Notes: a model not told the origin generated them from the letters alone. Shown: positions 24,420 to 38,079, counted from the first letter of the stretch. The stretch: 64,000 nt of DNA from Chiloscyllium plagiosum (GCF_004010195.1 NC_057719.1:38763733-38827732), one strand, 5' to 3'. Made by a program: numbers and translations.

Positions 24420-27010
24420 CAAAATCAGATATGCTATTGGTGCATACTAATTTGAGATAAGCTTTGTTTAGGAGATCAGAATTTAGAATCAGTTTGGATA
24501 GAGGTGAAGAATAGTAAGTGAAAGAATTCACTAGGAGGAGTGATCTACAGGCAAAGCTAAACAGTAACCATAAAATATGAATAAGTACTCAAGAAGAAAT
24601 ATTGAATGCTGTAATAAATGGCTAACAATAATTATGGGTGATTTCAGACTACAAATAAAAATTCATTTGGTAATAGTAACCTTATTGAGAAATTCATAAA
24701 ATGCTTTTAGGATAGTTTCTTAGAGTGCCACATTGTGGAACTGACCAGATTACAGGCTATATAGCCTTCCTATTGTGCAATGTGACAGGCTTAATTAATA
24801 ATCTCAGAGTAAAGGCACCTCTCGGTAGCAGGGATCATAATATAACTGAATGTTACGTCCATATTGAAATGGAGAAAAGTGATCTTAAGTCTAGTATCCT
24901 AAACCTCAATAAGAGCAACTAAGTGGGCATGAAAGCTGAGCTAGCTGAAGGACTTTGGAATATTAGGCTAGGCAATAGAGTGGTAGAGAAGCAGTGGCAG
25001 ACATTTAAAGGGATATTTAAAAGTACTCAAAGTACTATAAAGACAAAGAAAACATTTTTACAGTTGGACCCACCATCCATGGTTACCTAAAAAAATTAAA
25101 GAGAGCTTCACACTTAAGGAAAAGCATATAATTGCACAAATGTGAGTTACAGATCAAGTGATTAGTCAGAATATAAATTACAGCAGATAATGACTAAAGT
25201 CTTAATCAGGACAAATATGAGCATGACAGAAACCTAGCTAGAAACAATAATAGATAGCAGAATCTCTGCAGGAATCCAAAAAGGAAAAGAACAAGTAAAC
25301 ATTAGTCCTCTGGAAGGTGAGAAATGGGATTATCAAAAATCATATCAGCACCTATGAATCAGAAGTTTGAAGGAACAAAGGAACTTGGTGAAATTATAAT
25401 GACTAGAGATACAGTAGTGAGCAAACTGATGGAGCTGTAGGTTGATAAATCTCCAGGTCTTGATGAACCTCATTATAGGGTCTTAAAAGAGCTGGCTAAT
25501 GAGGTTATAGATAATTTGGTGTTAATTTTCCAAAATTCTTTAGATTTTGGAAATGTTCTATATTACTGGAAAAATATCAAATATAATTCTTTATTCAAGA
25601 AGGCTAAAAACAATAATCTATAGGTCTGTTAGATTGGTGTCTGACATAGATAGGTGCTAGATCAATTATTAAGCATGCTAAAACTGGTCACTTGGAAAAA
25701 CATGAGGTAGTTTGGAAGGGTCAGCATGGTTTTGTGAAAGGGGAATTGTTTAACCAATTGATTTGAATTCTTTGAAGAAGTAACATGTGCTGTGTATAAA
25801 CAGCCTGTAGACATACTGTATTTGGACTTCCAGGAGACATTTGACGAGATTGCATGTAAAGGGCTCACAATATAGGAGTAAGATAATAACATGTTTAGAA
25901 GATATGCTGGCTAAACAAGTGAATGTGCATAAATGGATCTTATTTAGATTGGCAGGAAATATCAATGGGGTCCCAGAGGCATTTGTGCTGAGCCCTCAAC
26001 TTTTTACAATTTAGATCAATGACTTGGATGAAATGATCAAAGGCATAGTGGCAACAATTGCAGGTGTCACAAGAATGTTGTGAAGAGGACATTTCAAGGA
26101 TGGAGATTGATGTAGATAAGTTAAATGAGTAAGCAAAAATATTGGTGGATGGAGTGTAATGTGTGAAAATGTGAAGTTGTTCTCTTTGTCTGGAAGAATA
26201 AAAGCAGTATTATTAAAACAGTGAATGATTGCAGGATGCTCAGATGCCAAGGTTTCTAGGTGTTCTAGAGCATGAGTGAAAACAGTTAATATGTAAACAC
26301 TACAAGTGATTTAGAAGGCTAATTGAATGCTATTGGGTTAAAAATCACACAACACCAGGTTATAGTCCAACAGGTTTAATTGGAAGCACACTAGCTTTCA
26401 GAGCATTGCTCCTCCAAATCATGAATGCTATTGGTTATTATACTGAGTACCGAGTATATAAGTAACATTGTTCTGCATCAGGTAAACAGAGTATTGATGA
26501 GACAACATCTCGAATATGATGCAAACTTTCAGTTTACAGGAGGTGGTTCAGAGGATGTTTACTAGTTGAGCAGGCTATGATGAAGAATTGGCCATTTCAG
26601 GTTTGTTTTCAATCAACTCTAGAAGAGTGAGGGCTGATTTGATTGAAGTTTATAAAATGATGAGGTGAACATGGAAATGGTGTTTATACTTATGAGTGCC
26701 CAGAACTAGGGGGCACAGGTTTATATTTACAGGCCACCATTTTAAACAGGGGGAGTCTTTTTTTCTCAGAGGGTTGTGCAACTTTGGAACTCTGTCTCAG
26801 AAGTTGGTGAAGGCTGGAACAATAAATATTTTCAAGGCAGTTTTAAGCAGAGGTAGATGGATTTATGTTAGAGAAGGGAATCAAATGTTATTGGGGATAG
26901 ATGGGATTATAGAGTTTGGAACACAGAGAGATCAGCCAGGATTTCATTGAATGAGAGAACAGGAACGAATAGCCTACTCTGTTCCTAAACTGTTGTTGAT
27001 TTGTATGTTT
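24420..27010 (+). mobile_element. Old long CR1 relic (endonuclease to RT to 3' end)
   Basis: IIMGDF, PLGSRDHN, KSPGLD, QHGF, YLDFQ and INDLD motifs in broken frames, in ORF2 order. Confidence 0.85.
26337..26421 (-). mobile_element. 85-bp PLE pseudo-LTR fragment (second family) nested in CR1
   Basis: Matches the arm of 28838-29212; TSD tgaatgctattgg at 26324-26336 and 26422-26434. Confidence 0.8.
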
Positions 27011-28837
27011 GCCCCCATGGTGCATTTGGTTTTGAGGTGGCAGTTAATCAGTGAGAAGGTAGTGAGTGGGAACCCCACAGCCTTTCTGCCACTCTCTTGA
27101 TTAAGCATGGGCTAGGAGGGATTGTGGATAGCCATTCCCCCGGCACCAATTAAGGTTAGTGCCCATGGGTCTTAAAAAGCTGTAGGGGTGGGCAGTGGTG
27201 CTCACTGTGCAGGGAGCATGTCAAGCAAACCAGTGTGGAATTGCTTGCAATCTTTCAGGGAGGGGAGATGGGAGAGGGATGAAGGCATCCAGTTCTTAAT
27301 CAAGGAATCGGAAAGTGGAGGAGACTGAGAACCACCCATTGACCTGCAGCTGACTGCCCCTCTCCCAGCTCCTCTGCAACATCGCTGTTAGCACTCATGA
27401 AGGAGTCAGGGATCTGACAATGCCTCTCTGGCGGCCTGCTGTTCAGTAGAGATATCAGTCACAGATTGGCTGATGACTGCCTGATTTGATGGACCTTCTC
27501 TCAAAGGGGAGATGGGGCTCTCATACTCACCAGCCAGAATCCCAGTGCATCCACTAAACACTACCCAAAATTTTGATCAGAAGAAGAAAGTTACAAATAA
27601 GAGATATTTAGGAGCTGTCTGGTATAGTTGAGGGCATCATAAAGATTGATAATCATATGCAATTTTATTTCATCAACTTCAAATTCCACATGTGAATTTT
27701 CTCCTATTATCTCCCAATCTTCTCTTGAACTATGCCAAGGAAAGCACTGCAGGCACAGTCTCTAAGGTGTTGTTCTTCATTCTGCATTTGGCCTTAGATA
27801 GAGAATAAAGATTAGCAGACTAGATTCTATTTTCACCTGACATGTATATACATGCACTTTTCACAAACTATTATTGGATTTGATGAGGATTAGTAGACCC
27901 AGCTGACTCTTTTTCACTCCCTATAGCAAAGACACTCAGGCCAATTGTCTCTGCTGTATTTTACACTTTTTAATAATGTTACAGCACATGTATATTATAA
28001 TTGCTGATAATATTTTCACTGAGAATAACATTGAGATAGACTACTGGTGTGAAGAAACATTGCATTGCATTACAGTTTTACCACATAATGGGCTCCAATT
28101 TGCAGTTGGAGTGAATGTAACTGCATTTGCTTTAAGTTAGGTTTGCCTTTGTATGTCTAGACTTTTAATTTTTTATGCTGCAGGTTGAAATGGCAAGCTG
28201 ATAACAACTGAGGGAAATGAAGCCTCTGGGACCTGAGTAAAGGCCAAGCAACTGTCTATCTCCTTAACCAACTTGATTGAAGGATTGTGAAATTAACAGC
28301 ACAAGGACTGGGAAGGATGTGCAAATTAGAATGAGTGAATACAATGTAAAATGAGATAGAAAAAGAGAGAGATAAAAAAGAACAGAAAGGAAAAGTTAAA
28401 AAAAAAACAACTAACAGATCAGCCATGATCTCATTGAATGGCAGAGCACACCCACTGGGCTGAATGGCCTACTTTTGCCCCTGAGTCTTTTGGCCTTGTG
28501 ATCAATTACTTGGAGTGATAAGACTGCACTCTAGTGATAGTTAAGTTTCAATACCGAAAGAGTTGAATACAGTTATTGATTATTGAAGTATCTATGTGAC
28601 ATAGGTTCACCCAAAGTGCTGCCTTTTCAGTTTTTTGCCTGTCAGCTTAGTGAATGAATCATTGCAATTGTGGCTTTGATTTGCAGAGCAGATAGCTTTG
28701 CATCTTTAAGATTGTTACCTGACATTATGACATGTAATATTCTGTATGAAGGCATCTGCCTTGACTTCAATGACACTCTCCCTGTAATGGAGTCAGATTA
28801 GTGTTTTCAGTCAATCAGCTATGTGCATCTAACATCA

Positions 28838-29212
28838 TGCAGAGGTGCTGGTGTTGGACTAGGGTGGACAAAGTTAAAAATTACATAACACCAGGTTATA
28901 GTCCAACAGGTTTATTTGGAAGCACTAGCTTTCAGCGCACTACTCTTTCATCAGGTAGCTGTGGAGCAGGATCATAACACAGAATTTATAGCAAAAGATC
29001 TCAGTGTCATGCAAGTGAAACGGCATATTGAACAAATCTAGATTGCTGTTCAATATATCATTACAGTGCATGACACTGATCGTTTACTATAAATTCTTTG
29101 TTATATGATCATGCTCCGCAGCTACCTGATGAAAGGGTAGTGCGTTGAAAGCTTGTACTTTCAAATAAACCTGTTGGATTATAACCTAGTGTTGTGTGAT
29201 TTTTAACTTCGC
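28838..29212. mobile_element. 375-bp hairpin element, second pseudo-LTR family, hammerhead cores on both strands
   Basis: Inverted arms of about 165 bp centred on aatctagatt (29035-29044). TSD ctaacatca at 28829-28837 and 29213-29221. CTGATGA...GAAAGCT on + (29126-29153) and on - (28927-28954). Confidence 0.85.
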
Positions 29213-29339
29213 CTAACATCAGTAGGCACAGAATACAAACATTACATGTAAGCCTGTGATATTGTAACTGTACAAATAGTCAGTGTTGCTAAATTCATGA
29301 CATCTGTCGCAACAAGAACCCAATTCTCTGTTGTATATT

Positions 29340-30580
29340 CTATGCCAATGCATGTATAGAAAACCACAAACCACGGTAGGAATAGTGATGCAGTTCCATG
29401 TCAGGGTGGCATGTGGCAGGTGTTAGGGCTGTCATGCATCTATTACCCGATTCTTCTCAGTGATGGAGTCGCAGTTCTGCATTATGCTGTTGAAGGAGGC
29501 TTCCTGCACCTATCGTAGGTGGTACTCACTGCTACTGATGTATTGACAGTAGACCAAGTGAATGCTTCATAAGTATTGTTGCAGCTCGACTTATTCAGGC
29601 AAGTGGAGCACATTCCATCATAATTCTGATTTGTAACTTGTAGATGGTGGAGAGGTTGTGAGGAATCAAAAAATGAGTAACTTACTACATAATTCTCAGC
29701 CTGTGATTTCATTTTGTAGCAACAATACTTCTTTACATTTATTATGCCTTCAGAGGATGTGAACATCACTGGCTAGGCCAGCATTTATTTCCCATCCTAG
29801 TTGTCCTTGAGAAGATGGTGGTGAGTGTCCTTCTTGAACTCCTAAACATTTCATTTGGTGTAGGACCATTCACAATGTTGTAATGGAGGCAGTTTAGAAC
29901 TTTGACTCAATGACACTAAAGGAATGATAACATAATTCCAGATCAAGATGATGCATTGCAGAACAGCTCCTGCTTCAGCTATTCTATGCTTTTATTTGCT
30001 TCAGATGTTTAGCATGCAAATAGGTCTGGGTTGTAACTTCATCAGGTCATGCTTAGGTATAATAAAACAACAAACTGTGGGTACTGAAGATCTGAAACAA
30101 AAACAGAAATTGCTAGAGAAATTCAGCAGGTCTGGCAGTGTATGAAGGAAGAAAGCAGTGTTAGCATTTCAATTCTAGTGATTCTTTATTTGATGAAGAG
30201 TCACCAGACTCAAAATGTCAAATGTGCTGTCAAATCCACAGGTGCTGCCAGACCTGCTGAGTTACTCTAGCAATTTCTGTTATTGTTTCATGTTTAGGTA
30301 TGCCTGGTGCTGTTCCTGGCATGTCCTCCTATACTCTTCATTAAATAATTTGGTTGATTAATGGTAACCCCTGCAGGAAGTTGATGATGAAATATTCAAA
30401 ATTGTAGTGATACTCAGATTCTCCCTCGTATTACTCTTCAATCCACCAAAATATGAATGCTGCCCAGGTCTTGCTGCAGGTGGGCATGAATCTATTCTAT
30501 ATCAGGAGTTTCAATTGGTGTGGAATATTGTGCAATCATCTGTGAACCTTACCCCCTCTGATACTATGATGGAGTTGGGG
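29340..30580 (-). mobile_element. Old LINE fragments hosting the 30061-30287 insertion
   Basis: Similar to 7640-8030, 17410-18050 and 36865-37130. Confidence 0.5.
30061..30287 (+). mobile_element. Hairpin mini-element, third pseudo-LTR family, decayed hammerhead
   Basis: Arms cagaaattgctagag...cagcaggtctggcag and ctgccagacctgctg...ctctagcaatttctg. TSD tcatg(c/t)ttaggtat at 30047-30060 and 30288-30301. tTGATGA-A-GAGTC acca GACTC-aAAA-tGTC at 30190-30219. Confidence 0.8.
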
Positions 30581-31306
30581 CCCAATGAGCTTCTCATCTC
30601 AGCCAAAAGGAGGAGCAGTACAACTAAGGAATTTCTCTATAATATGGCTATTTTGGAGCATACTAATTGTTGACTTTTCCTTCCTATCTCTTTATATCTA
30701 ACTCAAAAAATGCTAAGAAGAAGTTGCTTCCTGCTTGAGTTCAACAGCAACACAATAGAAAAGAAACAAAAATAATTTATGAAAATGAGAGTAGAAATAA
30801 TGGTTATACAAACTTAAACTAATAAATACATCTTCATTGGAATAGGGATTTGTTGTTTTGGTAAAATAAACATATGTTAATGACTGTTCTTTTTGTGACA
30901 TGTTTACAGGATGAATCTTCCTCATATTAGTTCTGAACATGAGGGAAACAGATGGAGTAATGATAAAAGGACAATGCCACTTAATAAATTAAACCAGTTG
31001 AATCAGCCCTAGTGACCCTTACAAGATAGATATTAACCCCATGTTTGTCATAAGTCTGTTAAAATGTTAGATTGCAAATTTTCTGTAAGAAAATTTATAA
31101 TATGTAAAGTTTGTTTCTATGAATGTAACAAATAGTGTCTTTTTCACTAATTGATGTATTATATAATAAATTACTTGGTTTTATTTTAGTCATAAGAAAA
31201 AGCTTGGATAACTGTGGATCATTCATTCAATAATTGTCTGTCTGATTATTATAAGTATCTGACTGTTGAGTTAGAAAGCGAATAATATTAATCCTTTTCA
31301 TTCTAG

Positions 31307-31395
31307 ATATATCATCACAACCCAATGTAATTCCTGAAATTGAAATAGACTATTCTGATCAAAGAACATCAGAAAACTCAAATGACGACAGCTAA
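31307..31395 (+). CDS. lbhd2: LBH-family protein, predicted terminal coding exon: (D)ISSQPNVIPEIEIDYSDQRTSENSNDDS*
   Basis: Acceptor ccttttcattctag|AT matches the phase-1 donor at 23020. Open acidic frame to TAA at 31393-31395, followed by a long repeat-free AT-rich stretch. Confidence 0.7.
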
Positions 31396-34050
31396 AAGCT
31401 GACCTGACCCAACTGGAACCCCACTGTGAATGTTTGGTCACAGACTGGAACCTGGTAGAGAACCTCGAAAGGGATTTTGAGTCAAAAGACTTGTTTGTCA
31501 AAAGGCTTCATCTGAATGTTTTGCAGTTACTTGAATTTCTGACATTATTTATGTATATGGTGGTTGATGTTACATAGAGATAGTGTTTATTGTTTATCTA
31601 TTGTCTATGTCTGAAAACCCCTGACATTAAGTATACATTTAACCATTATGTTCATATTTGATCAGCAATGTCTTTAGTTGCCTATAAAGCTACACCTATA
31701 GTAGCTGTTTTTACTCTTCCTGTTCTTCTATGTCAATCACTGGACCTGATCCAGATATTAAATTGGAGTAAAATGTTCATTTAGCAAGTATTCATTAGTG
31801 TTCCACTCATATTAGTGTAAATGTGAAACAAGTATAAGAAAAGGCAGACCAAACATATTCTGTCATCAGAAAACAAACTAGTATTGTTCACTTAGGTGTA
31901 AACACCATGGATGGATTTTGAGTTTTGGAATGCCAGAGGCGATCTGGTAGCCAGGTTCTGGAAAGTTACAATGGTTAAACACTGTGATTTATCAGCCTAA
32001 GATCATGTGGTCAGAAATTAATTAGCAATTTGAGAAAAACCCAAGTTTGAGGTCTTGTTATTCTAAACCTTTTTCCATTTGCAAGTTGAGACAGTACTGT
32101 CTGTTCCCAGGCAACAGGAGAAATGAATAGCATTGAAATAGCAGAGGAAAAGTAATACAAGGGCATGCTGAAGAGCACTATGTCTAAACTGTACCTGAAG
32201 CCCATCATATATTATTTGTGATATTTTATATGGAAAGTGTCTCTTATGTTAATGATACGGTTCATTTTGAAATCAAAATCATCCAGCCTTCTGCATCATT
32301 ACTGCAATTAAAAGTGTAAGTTTATTACTTATTTCTAGAACAAAGATGAAAAGGTGAACAGATTTTCATCCCTCTACTTTTAGACTATATTTAATTATAA
32401 AAGATGCTAGGACATTGGATAATGAGATGGTATCAAATATAGGAGAATACTTTGAAGACATTCTGAGGATATTAAGTACTGTAAGGACATAGTCTCTTGG
32501 AAATTGTGTAATCATTAAACAGTGATAAAGGTGCCTAATTTGAGCAACACTGAATTGAACTGATAGCAATGACCATGTTACGGGAGCACTGCTATGGTGC
32601 TATGTTATCAATTGCATTGTATCAGTTTAAAAATTCAAAACGTAATGCCAGTGAGGAAGCTACCCACCCTGTTTGTGTACTCATGAATGTCTCGTAGATA
32701 ATGTGTTCATTTGGAATTCAATCTCCTATATTCAGAAACCCAGCATCACATTTCCATGTCAAAATTGCCACTGAAAATATAAAGAATGTGGAAATTTCCA
32801 AAGCAATCCTCTAGTTCTTAAAAAAAAATTATTTGGATATTTTGGTTAGAAAGAAAGAAAATAGCTATTCCCTACTATACAACTCCTTTTGGCACTTAGA
32901 GTTGATTTGATTATATTGGCAAGGATAATGGAAATTGATTTAACCAAGACCACAGATGTTCAATGCAGCAATATAACAACCAAGAATATAATTGGTGTTA
33001 GTGGCATTCAACCCACAACTTATTTGAGTTAGCATGCATGTCTAACATTTACTGAGAATTAAATTAGAAAGGTTTAAAATTCCCACTGTTCAATGCTCAT
33101 TAGTCAATACACAGAGAAGACAATGAAATGAACTCTGTACCAGAGGAAAATTGTGTTGTGTTACATAACATTCACCTCCAATTGACTTATCCACTTATGT
33201 TTTGATTCCAATTCTGAAATTTGGAATGTGAAGACCAGTGTTACCTGTTACTGTATAAGTTTGGGTTGAAGATTTCCTTGAAATGTTTTAGGTCCAAAAT
33301 TCTTGTGCCTTCTGAACAGGAAAATGACACAATTTGAGAGGGATGGTAGGGGAGAGGCTGCTTCAGGTGAACACTTGTCCTGTCAGCTCTTGATGACTTG
33401 CACCTTGGGATTAGAAATCCTTTGGGAAGTAGGATATGGGAATTTTGCATCCATCCTTCTCTTGTTGCATTCCTCGACTAAATCCTGACTGAAATGGAGT
33501 CCAGCAGCTTTTACAATGTCAGTTTCCCTACTGGGAGAGAAATACATTTAAATTTTGGACCTTTTAGCCTTTTTTCTTTTAAATTCCATCTGTTTCTACT
33601 CTGCTGTAGCTAGGTGCTACAGTGAAATTCCTCCCCCTATCTCTACTGGGATTTGTTTCAATGTGCCAAAATGGTGCATGAATCCATAAAAAGTATGTAT
33701 GTTGACTGACTCCATTATTTCTGATGGAGCTTCAGTATCTGACCAGCTGATGGGCAGAAGTGCTGATCTCTGCTGCACATTTGACAATGCAGAATTACAC
33801 CAGAATGTTTGCGTCCACTGCCGATTTATATGATGGCTATATTTGTACCAGACTTCTGATTCCATCCTTACATCACGGTGGCGATGTCCTTTTAATGATT
33901 TCTGATAGAATTTAACATATCCTTAGGTGCATTCTGAGTTTACATTGTCACATTGCTGCTTTCAATTCTTTAATCCTTTACATCAACGTCAGTGATTTGA
34001 ATACTTTCAATTTATTATACCTCCGAATAAAATCTAACCATGACTCTTTC
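31396..34050 (+). other. Putative 3'UTR with candidate polyA signal AATAAA at 34026-34031
   Basis: About 2.6 kb with no recognised repeat; AATAAA followed by T/GT-rich sequence. The end point is uncertain. Confidence 0.35.
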
Positions 34051-36864
34051 ATAATTGTTGGGTTCATTTTCCACGTGTGTAACAATATGAACGTAACTTG
34101 TGACATCTGTAGTGTGCTTCCTTTTGCTAAATGTCAGCAGTCATTATGGCAGGCTGACATTCCTTGCAGCCTGCTTCTCAATGTTTGGCCTTAGTGGTGG
34201 ATGCATGAATGAATGTACCTTGCTAAAAGGGCAGATTGTCCGTGAAGTGCAAAAGTTACTTCATTCTTGCTGACCAACTGAGAACACCCGCCTTTGTTGG
34301 GCAGGGCTTTAGCTGGCAGTAACCACCAAGTTCATAAATACACAAAGAAAAAGATGATGTAAATATCAAATATATAAATTGTAACTCTTTGGTGGTGAAA
34401 ACATCTGTGAAATGCCTGCTGTCCTATTAAACCATGTACATTAATTTTCCCAGTAGTTGATTTCCATTTGCATTCTTTAAAATACACCATGTTAGCCTGA
34501 TAACGGGAGAAGGGCAGGGATTCTGAATGATTGGATAGTCTCCCACCATGCATTATTTGAAATTATATTAGCATCCAAAAATGGGGCACTGTTTCAATCA
34601 TTAGCTGTTTCCAAAATACTCACTTTAGTGAGAACTCTATACATGCCATTTTTGTGCTATAGCAATAGAACCTCATACAGCAACAGAACACATAACTCAG
34701 TCCTCAATTACGTGACTATTTTTAATTCAGTACCAGCATTTATAATAGATGTGCACATTTGTGATGCTGTACTTGAAAAAAAACAAGTCTAACTTTGTTT
34801 CTAGTAGTTTGTTTAGCAAGAAGTGTATGTGCCACTTTCTTGTTTCTACAATTCAACAACGTATCTGATACTCTGCTGAGCTGTAATTACCACACAATGT
34901 TTTGTGCGTATGGTTTCAAAATAAAACAAATTAGAAAATTTTGTCTTGAATTTTATTTTCTTACTTGTGGATTGGACACATTATTTAAAAGTTAACTAGA
35001 AAACTCTCATTATAAACAAATATGCTTCTTGATATCTGAGAAATGCTCTTTAAAAATGTATTAACTCAGTAAAGTAATATGGTTAAAAGTTTCAAATAAC
35101 TGAGATAACAGATGATTTTAGTACTGCTTAAATATTACATTAAAATATAGAGTATTAGCTGCATTCTAATGGCACTGTTCATATGGGAAAACAGTCTTAT
35201 AACTGTTCTTTCCTAAGCTTCAATTCTTTAGTTGGCACTTCTTTATCTTATTGTTTATTTCTGATTTGTTCCTGCAGCCATCGCTACTCCTGGTGAGATT
35301 CTGAGTCTTTATTTTTGTTTATACCTCCTGATACCTAATGTTTTATTAATCAGATTAGTTTGTAAATCTCTAGGCAAGACACCAAGACATCAGACAATAG
35401 GCACTAGCTGAGTGAAATTCTTTGACTGGGCAGTGATAAACTCTGCAAAGCCGGTGGATGACAGAAGATAAGAGAAACTGAAAGCTGCACAAGGAAACAC
35501 AGATAACGTGGAGGCCCAAGATGCTATATTGGATCGAATGGCCAGAGGCAGAAACTGGAAAGTTTAGGTGAAAGTGAACTCCTTGTACTGGATTCAGAAG
35601 GAAATTAAGCAGTCAGGAGTTGCAGCACTCAGGGGAAAAGTTGAGCTTTGGAAGAACTTGGGAGTCAGCAGCTAGCTTGAGATTTTAGAGATTTTTAGGT
35701 GAAATTAGGATATTGTAGCAATCAGTTTGGTATAAGATTGGGGATATTTTACCACTCATTTGTGCTGTCTGACATAATTTTGTGAAGGCAATAGTTGTAT
35801 CTGGCAGCACTTGTGGGAGCTGAAGGCTGGAACTATTGGGAGTTGGTTGACAACATGAGATCTAATAATATCTAGGAACATAGTGCATTGATTGTCATGA
35901 GTGCAGAGAGAACAGGATCTGTGAATGAGCACAAAAGTGAAAATGAGCTGTGACTTTTGACTGGGCTCAGGAGTGTAACAGAGGCCTAGCATTCCAATAG
36001 CTGAATTGAAGGAGAGGTATGGATAGATGAGTTGCAGAGGGCAAAGCCAACAGCAAGAATGACCAGGGAAGTGAAACAGGCAAAGGAAAGGCTTAAGAGT
36101 GGAAACATATTGAAAGTACTGAAAACAATATGATTCAAGTTCTGTGACCGTGTATGTACACAATTCTGCCAGCAAATGAAAAGCACCAAGGAGAGGCACC
36201 AATCTTAGAAGGTATGCATGAACATACAACATATGATTTGGGTAAAGGATTGAAGTGTTAGGGAAGTAGGTCCTTGGAAGAAGGGAGTTCATCTCAAGAC
36301 ATATGATTATATTTTGATGATATTTTGGTTAAGAATTGCTTAAATTGTTACAATTAGACATTTCAATTTTGGATGGATATGGTGGAGTTCGTGGAGAACC
36401 AACCTCATCATTCAAAAATAGTTGGCATCTTTCAGGGATGCAAGTGTTTCTTTTTTTATTGAGAGATAGTGACAAGCATCCCATTCAGTTAGGCTTCACA
36501 GATGTAAAAGAAAATTTGCTTTTACAAAAGATGCCACTGGGCATCTCAAAACCCTCCATTGCCAATTAACACTTCATTTGAAAGTGTAGTCACTATTGTA
36601 ATGTTGGAATCCTGGCAACTAAGTTGTGCTCAGTCAACTTCCAAAAACTGTCCTGTGATAATGACCAGATAATCTATTTTTTGTGGTGTTGACAAAAGGA
36701 TAAACTTTATCCAGAATGAAAGGGAAAACATTCTGCTCTTCTTTAAACCAGCACAATGGTATGATCTAGAAAGTACAGAGGATCTAGGAAGTGCAGAGGG
36801 ACATTTGTGTACATGCTCATAAATCTTTGAAGACAATAGGACATGTGGATTTTGTTTTATATTC

Positions 36865-37130
36865 ACTTGTGGGATGAGGGTGTTGCTGGTTGGGCCAGCA
36901 TTTATTGCTTATCTCGTTACCCTTGAGAAGATGGTGGTGTGCTGTTAGGGAGGGACTTCCAGAATTTTGACCCAGCAACAGTGAAGGAACGCTGATATAT
37001 TTCCATATCAGGATGGTGAGTGGCTTGGAGGGGAACTTGGAAGTGGGGATGTTTCAATGAATCTGCTGCCCTTGTCCTTCCAGATGGAAGTGGCATGTGT
37101 TTGGAAGATACTGTTTAATGATCTTTGACA
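36865..37130 (-). mobile_element. Old LINE 3' end
   Basis: gggatgagggtgttgctgg...cagcatttattgc...gagaagatggtggtg family. Confidence 0.6.
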
Positions 37131-37134
37131 AATT

Positions 37135-37740
37135 GGATAAGATGGCTAAGAATACATACGGAATACTTGTCTTTATTAGTCAAGACATTGGATGCAAAAG
37201 CAGCATAGTTATGATGTTAGTTAAGCCACAGCTGGTGTATTGTATGCCCTTCTAGTCATTATACTACAGGATGCATGTAATCACATGTGACCAGGTGCAG
37301 GTGGAATTCACCAAGATGTTACCTAGATTGGAGCAATTCACCTATAAAATGAGACTAGATAGGCTGGGGTTGTTTCTTCAGAACAGAGAAGGGTGAGGGG
37401 CATAGATAGAGTAGGTAGGAAGAAACATTTACCTTTAGTAGAGGGGATAATAACCAGGGAATATAGATTTAAGGTAAAGAGCAGAGGATTTAGAGAGGAT
37501 TTAAGGAAGAATCTTTCCAGCAAGAGGATGATGGGTATCAGAAACTCATTGCCTGAAAGGGTGGTAGTGATGGGAGCTACCACAACACTTAAGAAGTATT
37601 TAGATGGTCACTTGAAGAGCCATAACCCACAAGGTAATGGCCATGTGCTGGAAAATGGGACTAGAGTAGATAGATGTTTGATGAATAGCAAGGACACAAT
37701 GGGCCAAATGGCCTCTTTCTGTGCTGTAAAACTCTACAAG
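37135..37740 (+). mobile_element. Old CR1 3' fragment
   Basis: MRGIDRV...TREYRFKV...NSLPERVV...KKYLD. Confidence 0.85.
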
Positions 37741-38079
37741 TACCATTGATCTTTTACATCTACCCATGTCGGCAGATGGTGTCTCAATTTAATATCACAG
37801 CTGAAGACAACATCATTGACACTTTAGTGTTTCCTTAATAGTGCACTAGAGTATCTGTCGTGATTATCATGCGCAAGCCCAGGAGTGGGGCTTGAACCCA
37901 GAACCTTGTGATCAAGTGCGAGTGAGCTATCAACTGAGCTAGAGCATTTGGATGCTTTCTGGTGAATACGAAATTTGAGCTAAACAGCTTGTTTGAATAC
38001 TGAAGAGAGTGAAACACCAGAATTTGAAAGTCTTGAAAGACAGCAACATGTTTGTCATCACCATAGGTTTTCTTGAATA

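Larger units (their letters stand above)
36565..37940 (-). mobile_element. DeuSINE-type (SacSINE1-like) SINE split by nested LINE insertions
   Basis: Minus-strand tRNA head tagctcagttgatagc...gggttcaagcccc (37880-37940), Deu-like core to about 37750; the 3' half resumes at 36565-36770. Confidence 0.6.

Noticed and set aside
28184..28240. Acceptor ttttatgctgcag as the last LBH-family exon
   Set aside because: Gives Gly then an immediate stop in the required phase; 31307 gives a far better frame.
30910..30930. tgtttacag|GATGAATCTTCCTCATATTAG (DESSSY*) as terminal exon
   Set aside because: Needs a phase-0 donor, but the 23020 donor is phase 1.
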